DNA from: a virus
Reading direction: 5' to 3' (one strand)
Virus record (IMG/VR): IMGVR_UViG_3300016672_000064
DNA: 43,316 nucleotides
Of the stretch, positions 41,447-43,316 are shown piece after piece. How positions within the stretch are numbered: the first letter of the stretch is position 1; every line of letters starts with the position of its first letter. A model generated the notes under the pieces. That model was not told the origin of the DNA, did no database searches, and saw only the letters and a list, made by a program, of their open reading frames with translations. Both the position numbers and the translations under genes were made by a program.

Positions 41447-41664
41447 AGCTCCGCAAAGCAACAGGAACAATCGACTTTGGCGGGGCGATGGTGCTCCACC
41501 ACAACGACTACACAGTGGACATTGACATTGAATCAAGCGTGTGCATCGTTGATGTGTGTTTTTGGCACACAGGAAGGACGCTCAAGGGACGCCTGCGCTG
41601 CACATGGGCGGCGATCAAATACATCTGGACTGCGCATCAGACGAAGGGAGCAGGCCATGCGTGA
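41443..41664 (+). CDS. Hypothetical protein (73 aa)
   Basis: GTGA coupling with GGGAGGGGAG SD. Lower-GC sequence. Confidence 0.45.
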   Translation: MKLRKATGTIDFGGAMVLHHNDYTVDIDIESSVCIVDVCFWHTGRTLKGRLRCTWAAIKYIWTAHQTKGAGHA

Positions 41665-41992
41665 ATCACAGATCGAGGCCTACCTGGCCAAGCGAGTCAA
41701 GGAACTCGGCGGCGAGGTGCGTAAAGTCGAATGGGTCGGCCGCCGCAGCGCCCCCGACCGGCTGGTGATGCTGCCCCCCGAGGTGTCCATGCACGACTGC
41801 AGCGGCATGGCCATCCAGCAAGAGGTCGAACGCTCCTGCTGGGTCGAAGTCAAGAACCCCGAGACCATCAAGACCTTCCCCGCCGATGCGCGCGAGCGGG
41901 CCCAGCACCGCGAGCACGAGCGCATGCGCAAGCTGGGCCAGCGGGTCGAAGTCATCGGAACCATCGAACAAGTTGACAAGCTGCTGTCATGA
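41657..41992 (+). CDS. VRR-NUC domain nuclease
   Basis: ESQIEAYLAKRVKELGGEVRKVEWVGRRSAPDRLV...WVEVKNP (D..E.K type). AAGGGAG SD. Confidence 0.75.
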   Translation: MRESQIEAYLAKRVKELGGEVRKVEWVGRRSAPDRLVMLPPEVSMHDCSGMAIQQEVERSCWVEVKNPETIKTFPADARERAQHREHERMRKLGQRVEVIGTIEQVDKLLS

Positions 41993-42156
41993 CCTACGAA
42001 CACGAAATCGAACAGGCCGTCGAGCGCCAGCTCGAAATCGAACGCAAGGCCGCCGCCTGGGACTTCCTGGTCCTGCACCTTCAGGAGCAGGGCAACGAGC
42101 CCGGCAAGGCCCTGCTCAGTTGGATGCGGCAGTTGCAGGAGGCGATCCGTGTCTGA
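41989..42156 (+). CDS. Hypothetical helical protein (55 aa)
   Basis: ATGA coupling. Not in the track (<60 aa). Confidence 0.45.
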   Translation: MTYEHEIEQAVERQLEIERKAAAWDFLVLHLQEQGNEPGKALLSWMRQLQEAIRV

Positions 42157-42352
42157 CCTCACCCTGTCCAAACGCGAGGCCGAGGTGCTGCAGCACATCG
42201 CCGACGGCAAGCTGTGCAAGCAGGTAGCCGCCGACCTCAACATCAGCGAGCGCACCGTGCAGACCCACATCGTCAACATCCGCAAGCGTCACCGCATTCA
42301 AGGCATCCCCGCCATGGTGGCCGCCGCCATCCGTCAGGGGCTGATCAAGTGA
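42149..42352 (+). CDS. Stand-alone LuxR/GerE-type HTH protein (sigma region-4-like)
   Basis: LSKREAEVLQHIADGKLCKQVAADLNISERTVQTHIVNIRKR is the LuxR_C signature. GTG start with AGGAGG 7 nt upstream. Confidence 0.8.
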   Translation: MSDLTLSKREAEVLQHIADGKLCKQVAADLNISERTVQTHIVNIRKRHRIQGIPAMVAAAIRQGLIK

Positions 42353-43316
42353 CCGCCAAACCCTTCACCCCCCGGCCCTACCAGAAGCTGATCATGGATC
42401 ACCAGCTCGACACCCCCCGCTGCGGCATTTGGGCCGGCATGGGCATGGGCAAGACATCGAGCACCCTGACCATGATCAACGACCTGCAGCTGCTCGAAGG
42501 CAACCCGGTGCTGGTGCTCGCCCCGCTGCGCGTGGCCACGTCGACCTGGCCCGACGAAGGCCGCAAGTGGCAGCACCTCACCGGCATCTCGATCATGCCG
42601 GTCACCGGCAGCCTGGAAGATCGCCGCCGCGCCCTGCGCTTCGACGCCGCCGTCTACACGACCAACTACGAACAGCTGCCCTGGCTGGTCGAGCACCTGG
42701 GCGACCGCTGGCCCTTCCGCACCGTCATCGCCGACGAGGCCACGCGCCTGAAATCCTTCCGAGGCTCGGAGGGCGAAAGCAAAACAGGCGCCAAGTTCAT
42801 CCGCCACAACGGCACCGGCAGCGTGCGGGCCCGCGCCTTGGCACAGATCGCGCACACCAAGGTCAAGCGCTTTGTGGAGCTCACCGGCACCCCCGCGCCC
42901 AACGGGCTGCAAGACCTTTGGGGGCAAGCCTGGTTTCTCGACGCGGGCCAGCGGCTCGGCCGCACCAATACCAGTTTTCGCCAGCGGTGGTTTCGCCCTG
43001 CCGACAACGGGTTCGGCACCGTGCCCCTGGCCCACGCCCAGGAGGAGATCCAGACCAAGCTGCGCGACCTGTGCCTGACCATCGAGGCAAAGGACTGGTT
43101 TGACCTGCGCGACCCGATCGTCACCAACGTCATGGTGGATCTTCCCGTCAAGGCCCGCCAGCTCTACCGGCAGTTCGAGAAAGAGATGTTCATGCAGCTG
43201 GGCGAGCACCAGGTCGAAGCGTTCAACGCAGCGGCCCGCACGGTCAAATGCCTGCAGCTCGCCAATGGCGCGGCCTACGTCGGCGAGGACAACAACGCCA
43301 AGCTGCAGGCCCTGGA
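42349..43316 (+). CDS. SNF2/DEAD-like helicase, N-terminal part (continues at nt 2 across the junction)
   Basis: GTGA-coupled GTG start. RPYQ, GMGMGKT (motif I), VIADEATRLK (motif II), ELTGTPAPNGLQDLW (motif III). No stop before the window end. Confidence 0.9.
   Translation, partial: MTAKPFTPRPYQKLIMDHQLDTPRCGIWAGMGMGKTSSTLTMINDLQLLEGNPVLVLAPLRVATSTWPDEGRKWQHLTGISIMPVTGSLEDRRRALRFDAAVYTTNYEQLPWLVEHLGDRWPFRTVIADEATRLKSFRGSEGESKTGAKFIRHNGTGSVRARALAQIAHTKVKRFVELTGTPAPNGLQDLWGQAWFLDAGQRLGRTNTSFRQRWFRPADNGFGTVPLAHAQEEIQTKLRDLCLTIEAKDWFDLRDPIVTNVMVDLPVKARQLYRQFEKEMFMQLGEHQVEAFNAAARTVKCLQLANGAAYVGEDNNAKLQAL
43296..43316. repeat. 21-nt terminal duplication (copy 2)
   Basis: Exact match to 1-21. The reading frame ...DNNAKLQALE continues as AKLQALESIIEEANG at the window start. 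Confidence 0.95.

Larger units (their letters stand above)
1..43316. mobile_element. Complete temperate phage genome (podovirus-like, BPP-1/epsilon15-style structural module), circularly closed contig
   Basis: Full set of terminase, portal, capsid, tail, lysis, integrase/attP, immunity and replication genes. The window ends overlap by 21 nt and one ORF is continuous across the junction. Confidence 0.85.

Noticed and set aside
47-43209. Dozens of long ORFs in the six-frame track lie antisense to, or out of frame with, the genes listed. Examples are 4874-5878(+), 6089-7936(+), 7976-10177(+), 10742-12778(+), 15364-17574(+), 18470-20584(+), 23647-25347(+), 30253-31860(+), 34281-35612(-), 36702-37709(-), 37719-38726(-) and 42334-43209(-).
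   Set aside because: In about 65% GC DNA, stop codons are rare in all frames. These translations are Arg/Ala/Gly/Pro-rich low-complexity strings with no motifs. They fully overlap ORFs that have clear family signatures and operon-style coupling.

Overview
The window is a complete, circularly closed genome of a temperate, high-GC podovirus-like phage. The first 21 nt (1-21) are identical to the last 21 nt (43296-43316). An SNF2 helicase ORF reads in frame across that junction, so the unique length is about 43,295 bp.

Layout:
- Minus strand, about 27.6 kb down to 2.2 kb: one long late (virion and lysis) gene train. Order is TerS, TerL, Gly-rich protein, portal, beta-helix tailspike, Bbp19-like, scaffold, major capsid, cement protein, adaptor/nozzle proteins, three internal/ejection proteins (one a ~2575-aa multi-enzyme giant), tail fibre, then endolysin and holin.
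- 728-2180: xis-like gene, tyrosine integrase, and an attP whose core is the 3' end of a tRNA flanked by CGCGGGGGAT arm repeats.
- 31.98-33.15 kb: lambdoid-style immunity region. A CI-like XRE repressor plus a co-transcribed 3-TM protein diverge from a Cro-like gene. Four 16-bp ACCC..GGGT operators are split over two promoter regions.
- Leftward early operon: Cro-like, 87 aa, Prim-Pol/helicase, C5-MTase-like protein.
- Rightward early operon: small RHH-like protein, acidic protein, DUF2800 nuclease, gp2.5-like SSB, family-A DNA polymerase, a lower-GC island of unknown ORFs, VRR-NUC, LuxR-type HTH, SNF2 helicase, DUF3310.

Features most worth a second look:
1. A five-copy bipartite intergenic element with exactly fixed 16-nt spacing, ending 2-3 nt before SD-less ATGs, at the head of each late transcription unit.
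2. The giant virion protein carrying GNAT, ART-like and two HExxH modules.
3. A roughly 170-bp array of TTGAAGCA repeats and nested palindromes between two divergent genes with paralogous HTH modules.
4. A promoter/terminator-bounded two-gene cassette just upstream of the late genes.
5. A C5-methyltransferase-like protein without the SAM-binding glycine loop.

Most other ORFs in the six-frame track are antisense or out-of-frame artefacts typical of high-GC DNA. All family assignments rest on motifs I recognise by eye; no database search was run.
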